Under the pieces are notes generated by a model, which saw only the letters and a list, made by a program, of their open reading frames with translations, was not told where the DNA came from and did not search any database. Positions 16,947-25,634 of a DNA stretch of 32,000 bases are shown in pieces (position 1 is the first letter of the stretch; each line of letters starts with the position of its first letter). Source of the DNA: Nitratidesulfovibrio vulgaris str. Hildenborough (GTDB lineage: Bacteria > Desulfobacterota > Desulfovibrionia > Desulfovibrionales > Desulfovibrionaceae). The stretch is from NCBI RefSeq assembly GCF_000195755.1, contig NC_002937.3:2880001-2912000 (forward strand), read 5' to 3'. The position numbers and the translations under genes were made by a program.

Positions 16947-17522
16947 ATGCGTGACATCATCAAAATGATCGTCGTGCTCTCGGGCATATGCGGCATCGCG
17001 GGCTTCGCCCTCTCGTACCTCAAGATGAGCACCGCCCCCCGCATCGAGGAACAGGTGATGACGTACGTGCAGGGCCCCGCCATCCTCAAGGTCTTCACCG
17101 ACATCGACAACTCGCCCATCGCCGACAGGCGCAAGTTCACCCTGCCCGATGGCAAGCAGGTGACGGTGTTCCCCGGACGCAAGGGCGGCAAGCTCATCGG
17201 CGTCGCCATCGAAGACTTCGGCAAGGGATTCGGGGGCGACGTGGGCATCATGGTCGGCTTCGACGTCTCGCGTGACACCCTCGTGGGCATCGGCGTCACC
17301 ACCATGAAAGAGACCCCCGGCCTCGGTACGCTCATCGCCGAACCCTCGTTCACGGAGCAGTTCATGGGCAAGCCCATCGACTCGAAGCTGAAGAGTCAGG
17401 GCGGCCCCATCGACGCCGTGTCCGGTGCCACCATTTCCTCGACCGGCGCGGTCACCGCGCTTGGCAATGCGGCCAAGGTCTACACCCAGCTCAAGCCCGA
17501 AATCGTGAAGGCGTGGCCCTAG
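16947..17522 (+). CDS. rnfG: Rnf complex subunit G (FMN-binding, NqrC-like)
   Basis: The track ORF is trimmed to ATG 16947, 3 nt after the rnfD stop. It has an N-terminal anchor (MRDIIKMIVVLSGICGIAGFAL) and the flavinylation motif IDAVSGATISSTGAV. Confidence 0.9.
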   Translation: MRDIIKMIVVLSGICGIAGFALSYLKMSTAPRIEEQVMTYVQGPAILKVFTDIDNSPIADRRKFTLPDGKQVTVFPGRKGGKLIGVAIEDFGKGFGGDVGIMVGFDVSRDTLVGIGVTTMKETPGLGTLIAEPSFTEQFMGKPIDSKLKSQGGPIDAVSGATISSTGAVTALGNAAKVYTQLKPEIVKAWP

Positions 17523-17533
17523 GGGAGTCAGTC

Positions 17534-18205
17534 ATGCAGCAGATCATCAAGGAATTCACCAAGGGCCTGTGGCAGGAACTGCCACCTTTCCGGCTGGTGC
17601 TCGGCCTGTGCCCCACCCTCGCCGTGACCAAGACGGCGAGCAACGGCCTCGGCATGGGGCTTGCGGTCATCTTCGTTCTCGCCCTCTCGAACATGATCAT
17701 CTCGATGGTGCGGAACATCATCCCCAAGAAGGTGCGCATCGCCTGCTTCATCGCCATCTCCGCCTCGCTGGTGGTGGCGGTGGAACTGCTGATGCAGGCC
17801 TATGCCTACCCCCTCTACCAGCAACTCGGCATCTTCGTGCCGCTCATCGTGGTCAACTGCATCATCCTCGGTCGCGCCGAGGCGTTCGCCGCCAAGAACC
17901 CGGTGTCGCTCTCGCTGGCCGACGGCCTCGGCATCGGCCTCGGCTTCACGCTGTCGCTGGTGTTCCTGGGTGGCATCCGTGAACTGTTCGGCACGGGCAT
18001 GCTGTTCGGCACGCAGGTGATGTGGCAGGGCTACCAGCCCTTCGGCATCATGGTCGAGGCACCGGGGGCGTTCATCTGCCTCGGCCTCACCCTTGCCGCC
18101 ATGAACGTGATCAACACGTGGCAGGCACGCCGCAAGGGCCTTGAAGCACCCGAGAACCCGCAGTCGGGCTGCGCGGCCTGCAGGGCCTGCGCGGGCATCA
18201 AGTAG
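17534..18205 (+). CDS. rnfE: Rnf complex subunit E
   Basis: ATG 17534 follows AGGGGAG. RnfE/NqrD blocks are present: LGLCPTLAVT, LGIFVPLIVVNCIILGRAEAFA. Confidence 0.9.
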   Translation: MQQIIKEFTKGLWQELPPFRLVLGLCPTLAVTKTASNGLGMGLAVIFVLALSNMIISMVRNIIPKKVRIACFIAISASLVVAVELLMQAYAYPLYQQLGIFVPLIVVNCIILGRAEAFAAKNPVSLSLADGLGIGLGFTLSLVFLGGIRELFGTGMLFGTQVMWQGYQPFGIMVEAPGAFICLGLTLAAMNVINTWQARRKGLEAPENPQSGCAACRACAGIK

Positions 18206-18214
18206 GGGGACACC

Positions 18215-18790
18215 ATGGACGTATTCGAGATTTTCATCTCAGCCATCTTCGTCAACAACATCGTCCTCGCCCAGTATCTCGGCAACTGCCCGTATCTCGG
18301 CTGTTCCCGCGAGAAGGGCGTGGCCCTCGGCATGGGGGCGGCGGTTGTCTTCGTCATCATCATGGCGACGCTGTGCACATGGCTCATCCAGTACCATGTG
18401 CTGGTTCCCTTCGACCTCGCCTATCTCCAGACCATCGTGTTCATTCTGGTCATCGCGGGGCTTGTGCAGTTCGTCGAGATGTTCCTCAAGAAGATGGTGC
18501 CCCCCCTGTATGCGGCACTGGGCATCTTCCTTCCGCTCATCACCACCAACTGCGCCGTCATGGGCGTGACCATCCTCGTACAGCGCGAAGAATACGACCT
18601 CATGACCTCGCTCACGTACGGTCTGGCTTCCAGCCTCGGCTTCGTGCTGGCGCTGCTGCTCATGGCGGGCATCCGCGAGCGACTCGACACGGCGCGGGTA
18701 CCCAAGGCCATGATAGGCACGCCCATCGCGCTCATCATGGCGGGGCTCATGTCGCTGGCGTTCATGGCCTTCAAGGGCATGACCTCGTAG
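18215..18790 (+). CDS. rnfA: Rnf complex subunit A
   Basis: 191 aa. RnfA/NqrE blocks are present: IFVNNIVLAQYLGNCPYLG, LGIFLPLITTNCAVMGV. Confidence 0.92.
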   Translation: MDVFEIFISAIFVNNIVLAQYLGNCPYLGCSREKGVALGMGAAVVFVIIMATLCTWLIQYHVLVPFDLAYLQTIVFILVIAGLVQFVEMFLKKMVPPLYAALGIFLPLITTNCAVMGVTILVQREEYDLMTSLTYGLASSLGFVLALLLMAGIRERLDTARVPKAMIGTPIALIMAGLMSLAFMAFKGMTS

Positions 18791-18859
18791 ACGGCATCAA
18801 CGGAAGAGGGGCGCGGCCCGCGGGCCGTGCCTTGTGACCATACAGAAAAGGACGATAAC

Positions 18860-19747
18860 ATGGTTACGCTCTCGGTTATCACGCTTCTGGGACTCGGGCT
18901 GGTGACAGCGTCGGTGCTCGCCGTGGCCTCGCGCGTCTTCTATGTGGAAGAAGACCCCCGCGTCGAAGCGGTGCTGGAGGTCCTGCCCGGTGCCAACTGC
19001 GGCGGCTGCGGCTATGCGGGCTGCGAAGGCTACGCCACGGCGGTGGTCAACGACCCCGACATCCCGGCCAACCGCTGTTGCGCGGGCGGCGAACTCACCA
19101 GCATCGCAGTCGGTGAACTCACGGGCAAGACCGTTGCCGCCTCCGAACCGCAACGTTCGTTCCGGCGCTGCGACAAGGTCTCCGGCAAGGTGCTTTCGCG
19201 CTACGCCTATCAGGGGGTGCCCTCCTGTGCCGCGGCGGCCCTGCTCTTCGACGGTTCCGACTCGTGCTCGTATTCGTGCCTCGGCCTCGGCGACTGTGTG
19301 GAGGTGTGCCCCTTCGACGCCCTGCACATCGAGAACGGCCTGACGCACGTCGACCTTGCCAAGTGCACCGGGTGTGGCGTGTGCATCAACGCCTGTCCCC
19401 GCAACACCCTTGAACTCATCCCCGTCCGCGCGCGCGTCGCCGTGATGTGCTCCACCAAGGAAAAGCTCAAGGCTGTCATGGAAGTGTGCGAGGTGGGCTG
19501 CATCAACTGCGGCAAATGCGTGAAGGCGTGCCCCGCGCACGCCATCTCGCAGGAGACCGGACGCATCGAGATCGACCAGAAGAAGTGCCTCTCGTACGGC
19601 CCGGACTGCAACGAAGCCTGCGTTACGGCCTGTCCGCGCAACATCATGCGCCACATGTGCCCGGTGTACCTCGCGCAAGAGACTGTCGACAGTGCCCCGC
19701 CGCCCGTTTCGGAACAACCCGGCATCCAGCAGGGGGACAACGCATGA
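18860..19747 (+). CDS. rnfB: Rnf complex subunit B (polyferredoxin type)
   Basis: The track ORF is trimmed to ATG 18860. It has an N-terminal anchor, then the CGGCGYAGCEGYA cluster motif, then four ferredoxin-type Cys motifs (..CVEVCP, CTGCGVCINACP, CINCGKCVKACP, ..CNEACVTACP). Confidence 0.9.
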   Translation: MVTLSVITLLGLGLVTASVLAVASRVFYVEEDPRVEAVLEVLPGANCGGCGYAGCEGYATAVVNDPDIPANRCCAGGELTSIAVGELTGKTVAASEPQRSFRRCDKVSGKVLSRYAYQGVPSCAAAALLFDGSDSCSYSCLGLGDCVEVCPFDALHIENGLTHVDLAKCTGCGVCINACPRNTLELIPVRARVAVMCSTKEKLKAVMEVCEVGCINCGKCVKACPAHAISQETGRIEIDQKKCLSYGPDCNEACVTACPRNIMRHMCPVYLAQETVDSAPPPVSEQPGIQQGDNA

Positions 19748-20754
19748 AGACCTTCAGCAGAAGAACCTTTCTCGGCATGGCCGGACTCACCGGTGCCGGT
19801 CTCTGTCTCGGGCTGCCCGTGGGTGCCCGGGCGGCGCAGGCACTGCCCGTGACCGAAACCCGTGTGCAGATGGGAACCTACGTCGGCATCACGGTCGCCG
19901 GAGTCTCCGCCATGCAGGCGGAAGAGGCCCTCGGGCGGGCCTTCGCGGAGGTGGCACGCCTCGAGGCGGTGTTCAGCCGCTTCGACGGGGCAAGCCCCGT
20001 CAGTGAACTGAACCGCGCCGGGCGTCTGCCTGACGCACCCGCCGAACTCGTCACCCTCGTCGACCGCGCCCGTCGCTACGGCAGCCTCACCGACGGTGCC
20101 TTCGACATCACCGTCCAGCCCGTGGTCGACCTCTTCCGGCGCAACGGCAACCCGCGTGGAACCATGCATGTCGACGAGGCCGACCTCAAGGCCGCCCGTG
20201 AACTGGTGGGGCTTGCCCACCTGCAGTCCGGCAGCGGACGACTCGGCTTCGACCGGTCGGGCATGGGCATCACCCTCGACGGCATCGCCAAGGGGCACAT
20301 CGCGGACATGGCGTCCGCAGTCCTCACCGCGCACGGCGTCACCGACCACATCGTCAATGCGGGCGGCGACATCATGGTGCGGGGCATGAAGGCTCCCGGC
20401 ACGGCATGGCGCGTGGCAGTGGCCTCGCCCAACGGAGGGGCCTCCTATCCCGAGACCGTGCGGCTGACCGAATGCGCCATCGCCACTTCGGGCACATCCG
20501 AGGTGTACTTCGACGCACGGCACCAGCATCACCATCTCATCACCCCTGTGGCAGGGCGCAGCCCCGCCAGTACGGGCAGTGTGTCCGTCATCGCCCCCAC
20601 GGTGATGGAGGCGGACGCCCTCGCCACCGCGCTCTCTGTCATTCCCCCGCAGGACGCGCTGCGCCTTGTGGCATCGCTGCCCGGTCGCGCCTGCTGCATC
20701 TTCACACGCGACGGCCGGCGCTTCACCTCGTCCAACTGGGCGACCTTCGCCTGA
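19744..20754 (+). CDS. apbE: FAD:protein FMN transferase ApbE with twin-arginine signal peptide
   Basis: ATG 19744 overlaps the rnfB stop (ATGA). The N-terminus is MKTFSRRTFLGMAGLTGAGLCLGLPVGARAAQA. ApbE-type blocks are present: ..FDITVQPVVDLF.., ITLDGIAKGHIADMA. Confidence 0.9.
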   Translation: MKTFSRRTFLGMAGLTGAGLCLGLPVGARAAQALPVTETRVQMGTYVGITVAGVSAMQAEEALGRAFAEVARLEAVFSRFDGASPVSELNRAGRLPDAPAELVTLVDRARRYGSLTDGAFDITVQPVVDLFRRNGNPRGTMHVDEADLKAARELVGLAHLQSGSGRLGFDRSGMGITLDGIAKGHIADMASAVLTAHGVTDHIVNAGGDIMVRGMKAPGTAWRVAVASPNGGASYPETVRLTECAIATSGTSEVYFDARHQHHHLITPVAGRSPASTGSVSVIAPTVMEADALATALSVIPPQDALRLVASLPGRACCIFTRDGRRFTSSNWATFA

Positions 20755-20789
20755 TCGACGCCCTGAACGACACGACGGCAAGAATGAAC

Positions 20790-20820
20790 ACTCCCCGGAA
20801 GGTCATGCCTTCCGGGGAGT
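20790..20820. terminator. Bidirectional stem-loop between convergent apbE and MarR genes
   Basis: actccccggaagg-tcatg-ccttccggggagt has a 13-bp perfect stem. It sits between the stop codons at 20754 (+) and 20849 (-). Confidence 0.7.
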
Positions 20821-20848
20821 CGCTCTTCGGGTGTTCCGGTGCTCCGTA

Positions 20849-21265
20849 TCAGAGTCGGGTGATGATGCGCCTGAGCATATGCATGAACACAGGAGCCTCC
20901 TCCGGTGCCAACGCTGCCGCGATGTCCTCGGAGAGTTGGCAGTGCAGCTTATGGTGCTCCTCGAAATACCGCCTGCCATCCACGGTGAGTCCCACCTGTA
21001 TGGAACGACGGTCCCGCTCATTGGGTTTACGCGCCACAAGTCCGGCCCTCTCGAGCCTGTCCACGAGGACTGTCAGCGCCCCGGTGGTCACACCGAGCTT
21101 TTCCGCCAGTTCCTTCATGCGAAGGTCTCCGGCAACACCGAGTACCTCCAGCGTGTGCATCTGGGGCAAGGTGATGCCCGACTCGCGCACGACGCCCTGT
21201 TCCCAAGAGGAGAACCGCTCGTAGAACTCGACGAGCAGCGATGTGAGCTCCTCCGTCTGATCCAT
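20849..21265 (-). CDS. MarR-family transcriptional regulator
   Basis: The track ORF is trimmed to ATG 21265, which is preceded by GAGGTG. Winged-HTH block: LPQMHTLEVLGVAGDLRMKELAEKLGVTTGALTVLVDRLERAGLVARKPNERDRRSIQVGLT.DG. It starts 8 nt after the ATPase stop. Confidence 0.85.
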   Translation of the reverse strand: MDQTEELTSLLVEFYERFSSWEQGVVRESGITLPQMHTLEVLGVAGDLRMKELAEKLGVTTGALTVLVDRLERAGLVARKPNERDRRSIQVGLTVDGRRYFEEHHKLHCQLSEDIAAALAPEEAPVFMHMLRRIITRL

Positions 21266-21272
21266 AGTCACC

Positions 21273-23174
21273 TCATTGCCCCCGCACCATTCCCCGGTCG
21301 CTGAACGCAAGGGATGCCGACAGCAGCACTACGAAGATCGAACCGACATTATGGAAGACCGAGGCTGCTATGGGTGAAAGCAGTCCATACGCACTTCCCA
21401 TGACCGCAACCGTATTGAACAGCAACCCGAGGGCGATGTTCACCTTTACGATGCGGAGCATACGCCGCGAGAGCCCGATGAGGAAGGGGATGTTGCCGAC
21501 CTCATCGCGGGTGAGTGCCATTCCGGCAGTCTCCAGCGCCACATGCGTTCCCGCCGCCCCCATGGCGATGCCCACGTCGGCACCTGCCAGTGCCGGGGCA
21601 TCATTGACGCCGTCACCCACGAAAAGCACCCTGCGGCCCTGAAGTTGCGCATCCCTGATGATGTCGAGTTTGTCTTGCGGCTTCAGCCCCGCCCGGTGCT
21701 GGACGATGCCCACGGCTTCGCCAGTGCGCCGCACCGCCTCGTCATGGTCGCCGGAGAGGATGCCCAGCGTATGCACCCCCAGACCGCGCAACGCTACGGC
21801 CATGTCCCGTGCGCTGTCGCGTACGGTGTCGGTGACGGCGAGGACGCCCATGGGCATGCCCTCAAGCGTGACGACAAGCGGTGTCACGCCCTGCCGCACC
21901 ATGTCGTCATGAGCCTCACGCAGTATTCCGGGCAGGAGGTCGACACCCCCGGCGAACGCGGCACTGCCCACAGCCACGACACCTTCCGGGCAACCGGCCC
22001 GGACACCGAGCCCCTGTTCCATCAGCACGCATTCCGCCACGACAGGCTCAACGCCTTCCGCGGATGCGGCGTCGACCACCGCACGTGCAAGCGGATGCGT
22101 ACAATGGCGTTCGACACCCGCCGCCAGGGCCAGCACCCGCTGCCGCGTCATGCCCTCGACCACAGAGACATCGCGGACACATGGTTTGCCAAGGGTGAGA
22201 GTTCCCGTCTTGTCGAAGAAGGCCGCGTCAACACGGGACAGGGCCTCAAGATGCCGACCTCCCTTGACGAGGATACCCTTCCTCGCAGCGCGGGCGACCG
22301 CAGCCACCGTCGCTGTCGGGGCGGCCATGAGAAGGGAGCAGGGGCACCCCGCCACAAGAACCGCGACGGCCCGTGACGACTCGCCGGTGATGAACCATGC
22401 CGCAGCAGCGCAGACCAGCACCAGTGGCGTGAACCACTTCGCGTACCTGTCCACCAGCCGCGCAGTCGTGGGTTTGTGCTCTTCGGCCTCGTTGACCAGT
22501 CGCACCACGCGGCCCAGTGTCGTATCTTCCCCCACATGCTCCGCAACGATCTCTATGACACCGTTATAGTTGAGGGTCGCCGAGAACACCCTGTCACCTG
22601 CGCCACGGTCACGGGGTACAGGCTCACCTGTCACGGTCGACTCGTCCACCGCCGTCACCCCCTTCACGATGACGCCGTCAACGGGAATACGCTCACCGGG
22701 CCGCACGAGAAGGAGGTCGCCGGGGCGGACGGTATCGAGAGGCACCTCGACGGGGGTATCACCGTCCAGTTTCGTCGCGGACTCCGGGGTCATCTCCGCC
22801 AACGCACCGATGGAAGCCCGCGCAGCGTCACTGATGGCCCCTTCCAGCAATGCTCCAAGCGTCATGATGAAGCTGACGACGGCTGCGGTCAGGTACTCGC
22901 CCTGCAACAGGGCGCCGATGATGGCGAGGCTCACCAGTTCGTCCACGTTCACGCGCCGCTGGCGCAACCCGTTGATGGCCTCCCTGATGATGGGCAACCC
23001 GTTGAGTCCCACCGCGGCAAGGGCCATCGCCTCGGCAAGCCATTGCGGCTGCATGCCGCCGACGCCCCACAGGTACCCCGCAAGGGCGATGCCACCGCCA
23101 CCAAGGCAGCGCATGAATTCCTGTGTATCCAGAAGTTCCCGATAGGTTCCGATATGCGCAAAACGTCCGATCAT
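21273..23174 (-). CDS. Heavy-metal-translocating P1B-type ATPase without N-terminal metal-binding domain
   Basis: 633 aa. It has a CPC transmembrane motif (VAGCPCSLLMAAP), the phosphorylation site FFDKTGTLT, the hinge GDGVNDAPAL and a TGEP actuator loop. No N-terminal CxxC HMA domain is visible. Confidence 0.9.
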   Translation of the reverse strand: MIGRFAHIGTYRELLDTQEFMRCLGGGGIALAGYLWGVGGMQPQWLAEAMALAAVGLNGLPIIREAINGLRQRRVNVDELVSLAIIGALLQGEYLTAAVVSFIMTLGALLEGAISDAARASIGALAEMTPESATKLDGDTPVEVPLDTVRPGDLLLVRPGERIPVDGVIVKGVTAVDESTVTGEPVPRDRGAGDRVFSATLNYNGVIEIVAEHVGEDTTLGRVVRLVNEAEEHKPTTARLVDRYAKWFTPLVLVCAAAAWFITGESSRAVAVLVAGCPCSLLMAAPTATVAAVARAARKGILVKGGRHLEALSRVDAAFFDKTGTLTLGKPCVRDVSVVEGMTRQRVLALAAGVERHCTHPLARAVVDAASAEGVEPVVAECVLMEQGLGVRAGCPEGVVAVGSAAFAGGVDLLPGILREAHDDMVRQGVTPLVVTLEGMPMGVLAVTDTVRDSARDMAVALRGLGVHTLGILSGDHDEAVRRTGEAVGIVQHRAGLKPQDKLDIIRDAQLQGRRVLFVGDGVNDAPALAGADVGIAMGAAGTHVALETAGMALTRDEVGNIPFLIGLSRRMLRIVKVNIALGLLFNTVAVMGSAYGLLSPIAASVFHNVGSIFVVLLSASLAFSDRGMVRGQ

Positions 23175-23356
23175 GCCGACTCCTGATATTTTTTATGCAT
23201 GAAATCTTTGATACAAAAATACTTTGCAATCAAGATAAAATAACATCTTATTTATCAGCAGGATAAGAACATAAGCCTCTTGCGACGCACACAAAGATCA
23301 CATCAATCCGTGTCCGCACCAGCTCAGGCAGAGCCAGCCGCCCCCTGCAGAATGCC

Positions 23357-24691
23357 ATGGCCTTGACATCGGCCCCATCAGGCAGGATGCTTGGCAGCAT
23401 ACGATACATGTCAGGAGCCTCACGCTTGCCGACCTCTTCCCATTCCGCGACACCGCGCCCGCCCTTCATGGGGCTGACACTGGCAGACGCCCTGAACATG
23501 GCCCCCGCCATGCTCTGGCACATCGACAGTGCCTACGGCGAGATCACCTTCTGTAACGAGCACAGGCTCACCGGGCAAAGCGACGCCCTGCGGCTCATGC
23601 TCAAGGACCCCCGCCATGCCGCGTCCATCGCCCACCCCGAAGACCTCGACGCCTGTACGACGGCCCTGCGTTCCATCAGGGCGCTTCATCCGGTGTCGCT
23701 GCTCTTCAGGGCACGCGACGACGATGGTGAATGGCGCTGGCTGGTGATGCTGGGGCACCCCGTGCCGGAAACGGCGGGCAACTATGTGGGTCTGCTTGCC
23801 TGTTGTGACGGACTCGCCACCACCCTGCTGGGGCGGGGAGGCGAAGTGCCGCTGGCGCAGAGCATCGAGTTGCTGGACACACCCGTACTGCTGGTGGAGT
23901 TCGCAAGCCGCAAGGTCGCCGCAGCCAACACGGCAGCCCGCAACCTGCTCGGCTATGCGACCCCCGACGAGTTTCCGCCGCTGGACATGTTGCTGGGCAG
24001 TGCGGGAACACCCTATCGCAACAGCATCTTCGAACAGCTCATCTTCAAGGCTTCGTGGCGCGGGACTCTTCCCCTTCAGGACGCACAGGGCCGCGCACTG
24101 GCGTGCTCGCTGCACCTGCGCCCCCTCGCCCGTGAAGGGCACAACTACCTGTGGATGAGCATCGCGCCGGTGGCCTCGGCACCCGCGCCTTTCACGCGCT
24201 TCGACAGTGGCATGGCAGCCGCGGCCGAAGCACTGCAACTGGCCATAGACACCCGTAGCGCACTGGAGGCGATGCTCACCCACCAGCCGGAGGCGATGCA
24301 GGCCGAAGGACTGATGCTCTCACGCATCTATCCCGAAGAGGACAGGGTCGAGGTCACCGGGGTGGGGACGCCCTTCGCGGGCATGGAAGACAAGGCAAGC
24401 TATCCCTATGTCGGTTCCATTGCCGAGAACCTCGTCCAGTACGGGCTTGGACATCTGGTCGTCGAGGAGACGACGCGCAGCATCCGCCCCATCGACTGGG
24501 TGCTGTTCATCCCGCGCAACGTCCATTCCTATTATGCCGAACCATGGTTCGAAAACGGCAAGCTGCGCTACGTGCTCATCTACTGTTCCACTGCACCTGC
24601 GGCCTTCCCTCCCGGCGGAGTCCCAGCCTGCCGGGACATGCTGGCTCGACTTGCCGACACGCTGAAACGTCTGGAAGGCAACGCCCCCTGA
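23357..24691 (+). CDS. PAS-domain sensor protein with no recognisable output domain
   Basis: There are two PAS/PAC-like segments (..IAHPEDLDACTTALRSIRALHPVSLLFRARDDDGEWRWLVMLGHPV.. and ..LLVEFASRKVAAANTAARNLLGY..WRGTLPLQDAQGRALACSLHLRPL..). A ~150-aa GAF-like C-terminus follows. The start is uncertain, with candidate ATGs at 23357, 23387, 23408 and 23468. Confidence 0.6.
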   Translation: MALTSAPSGRMLGSIRYMSGASRLPTSSHSATPRPPFMGLTLADALNMAPAMLWHIDSAYGEITFCNEHRLTGQSDALRLMLKDPRHAASIAHPEDLDACTTALRSIRALHPVSLLFRARDDDGEWRWLVMLGHPVPETAGNYVGLLACCDGLATTLLGRGGEVPLAQSIELLDTPVLLVEFASRKVAAANTAARNLLGYATPDEFPPLDMLLGSAGTPYRNSIFEQLIFKASWRGTLPLQDAQGRALACSLHLRPLAREGHNYLWMSIAPVASAPAPFTRFDSGMAAAAEALQLAIDTRSALEAMLTHQPEAMQAEGLMLSRIYPEEDRVEVTGVGTPFAGMEDKASYPYVGSIAENLVQYGLGHLVVEETTRSIRPIDWVLFIPRNVHSYYAEPWFENGKLRYVLIYCSTAPAAFPPGGVPACRDMLARLADTLKRLEGNAP

Positions 24692-24808
24692 CCCTCGGCA
24701 GAGGATGAACCCCCTACATCGATGACGTCTCCGGCGTAGGGGGGGGCAGATGCCAGCCCACAGCCGGACAGACGTCGGGAATCAGACCAGCCTCTACTCG
24801 ATCATTCC

Positions 24809-24847
24809 AAAGGCCATATCTGGCACTGCCAGTTATGGCCTTTTTTG
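24809..24847 (+). terminator. Rho-independent terminator after the PAS gene
   Basis: aaaggccata-t-ctggca-c-tgccag-t-tatggccttt is an extended hairpin followed by a T-run (ttttttg). Confidence 0.7.
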
Positions 24848-24938
24848 TTGCAGAACATTGTCAAACCACACCCGATGACCTAACGCTGGTTTCAAGAACC
24901 TTGCACACACAACATCGTAACAATCTGGTTGGGCCAGA

Positions 24939-25634
24939 ATGAAACAGAAAGCGGCACACACGGCATCCGAACAGATCATGAAGCTCGTCCATAGCCTCGG
25001 ACTCACTTCAGGAGAGCGTCTGCCCGGAGAACGCGACCTCGCCGAACGCCTCGGCTGGAGCCGCAATACCGTGCGCGAGGCCATCTCGGCCCTCGCAGCC
25101 CGAGGGCTGGTCGAAATACGGATGCGTAGCGGCGTCTATCTGTGCGACTCCGGCCCGGACGCCATCTGCACCGGCCAGAGAAGCTGCGGCGACGCCGTGG
25201 ACGCACTCACGGTGCTGGGTCCCGCACTGGTGGAACGCGTCTGCACGCGATGCACCGACGACGACCACGAACGTGCCGAACGGGTCACGGCACGGCTGGG
25301 CAGGGCCCTTGTCGACCGCAACCCGCACGACGCATGGCTGGGCCTGATGGCCTTCTACGGCGGTCTCGCCCAGAGCACCGGCAACGCCCTTTTGGAGCAC
25401 AGTGCCGAGGAGGTCGCCACGGCGGGCCTTCGTGCCTGTGACGTGCTCGCGGGAAACGAACTGCCGCACGACGCCCTTCAGACGTTCTTCGCCGCGCACG
25501 TGGAGATGCTCCAGGCCATGCGCCGCCGCGAACGGATACAGGCGCGGCAACTCGCCGAAGACAGCCTGACGGCCTTCGGCAGGATGTTGCAGGTGGCGGG
25601 GTATGCCCCGCAGGAGGCAACCCATGACGCGTAG
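24939..25634 (+). CDS. GntR-family transcriptional regulator, FadR (FCD) subfamily
   Basis: 231 aa. HTH block: ASEQIMKLVHSLGLTSGERLPGERDLAERLGWSRNTVREAISALAARGLVEIRMRSGVYL. A helical C-terminal domain follows. It is the first gene of the co-oriented cluster. Confidence 0.85.
   Translation: MKQKAAHTASEQIMKLVHSLGLTSGERLPGERDLAERLGWSRNTVREAISALAARGLVEIRMRSGVYLCDSGPDAICTGQRSCGDAVDALTVLGPALVERVCTRCTDDDHERAERVTARLGRALVDRNPHDAWLGLMAFYGGLAQSTGNALLEHSAEEVATAGLRACDVLAGNELPHDALQTFFAAHVEMLQAMRRRERIQARQLAEDSLTAFGRMLQVAGYAPQEATHDA

Noticed and set aside
14594-20781. Long minus-strand ORFs across the rnf operon (14594-15961, 15765-16793, 18797-19717, 19210-20781)
   Set aside because: All are antisense to well-supported rnf/apbE genes and have a Gly/Arg/Asp/His-rich, motif-less composition. 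They are GC-driven shadow ORFs.
23248-23523. 91-aa minus-strand ORF in the ATPase/PAS divergent region
   Set aside because: It has no RBS and an odd composition. It overlaps the likely 5' end of the PAS gene and the AT-rich promoter region. I judge it non-coding.
24821-24857. TGGCAC (24821-24826) and TGGCC-N-TTGCA words, considered as a sigma-54 (-24/-12) promoter for the GntR cluster
   Set aside because: TGGCAC is not followed by TTGC at the required spacing. The tggcc...ttgca pair has a GG-to-GC distance one nucleotide too long. The TGGCAC word is part of the terminator hairpin loop palindrome (ctggca-c-tgccag).
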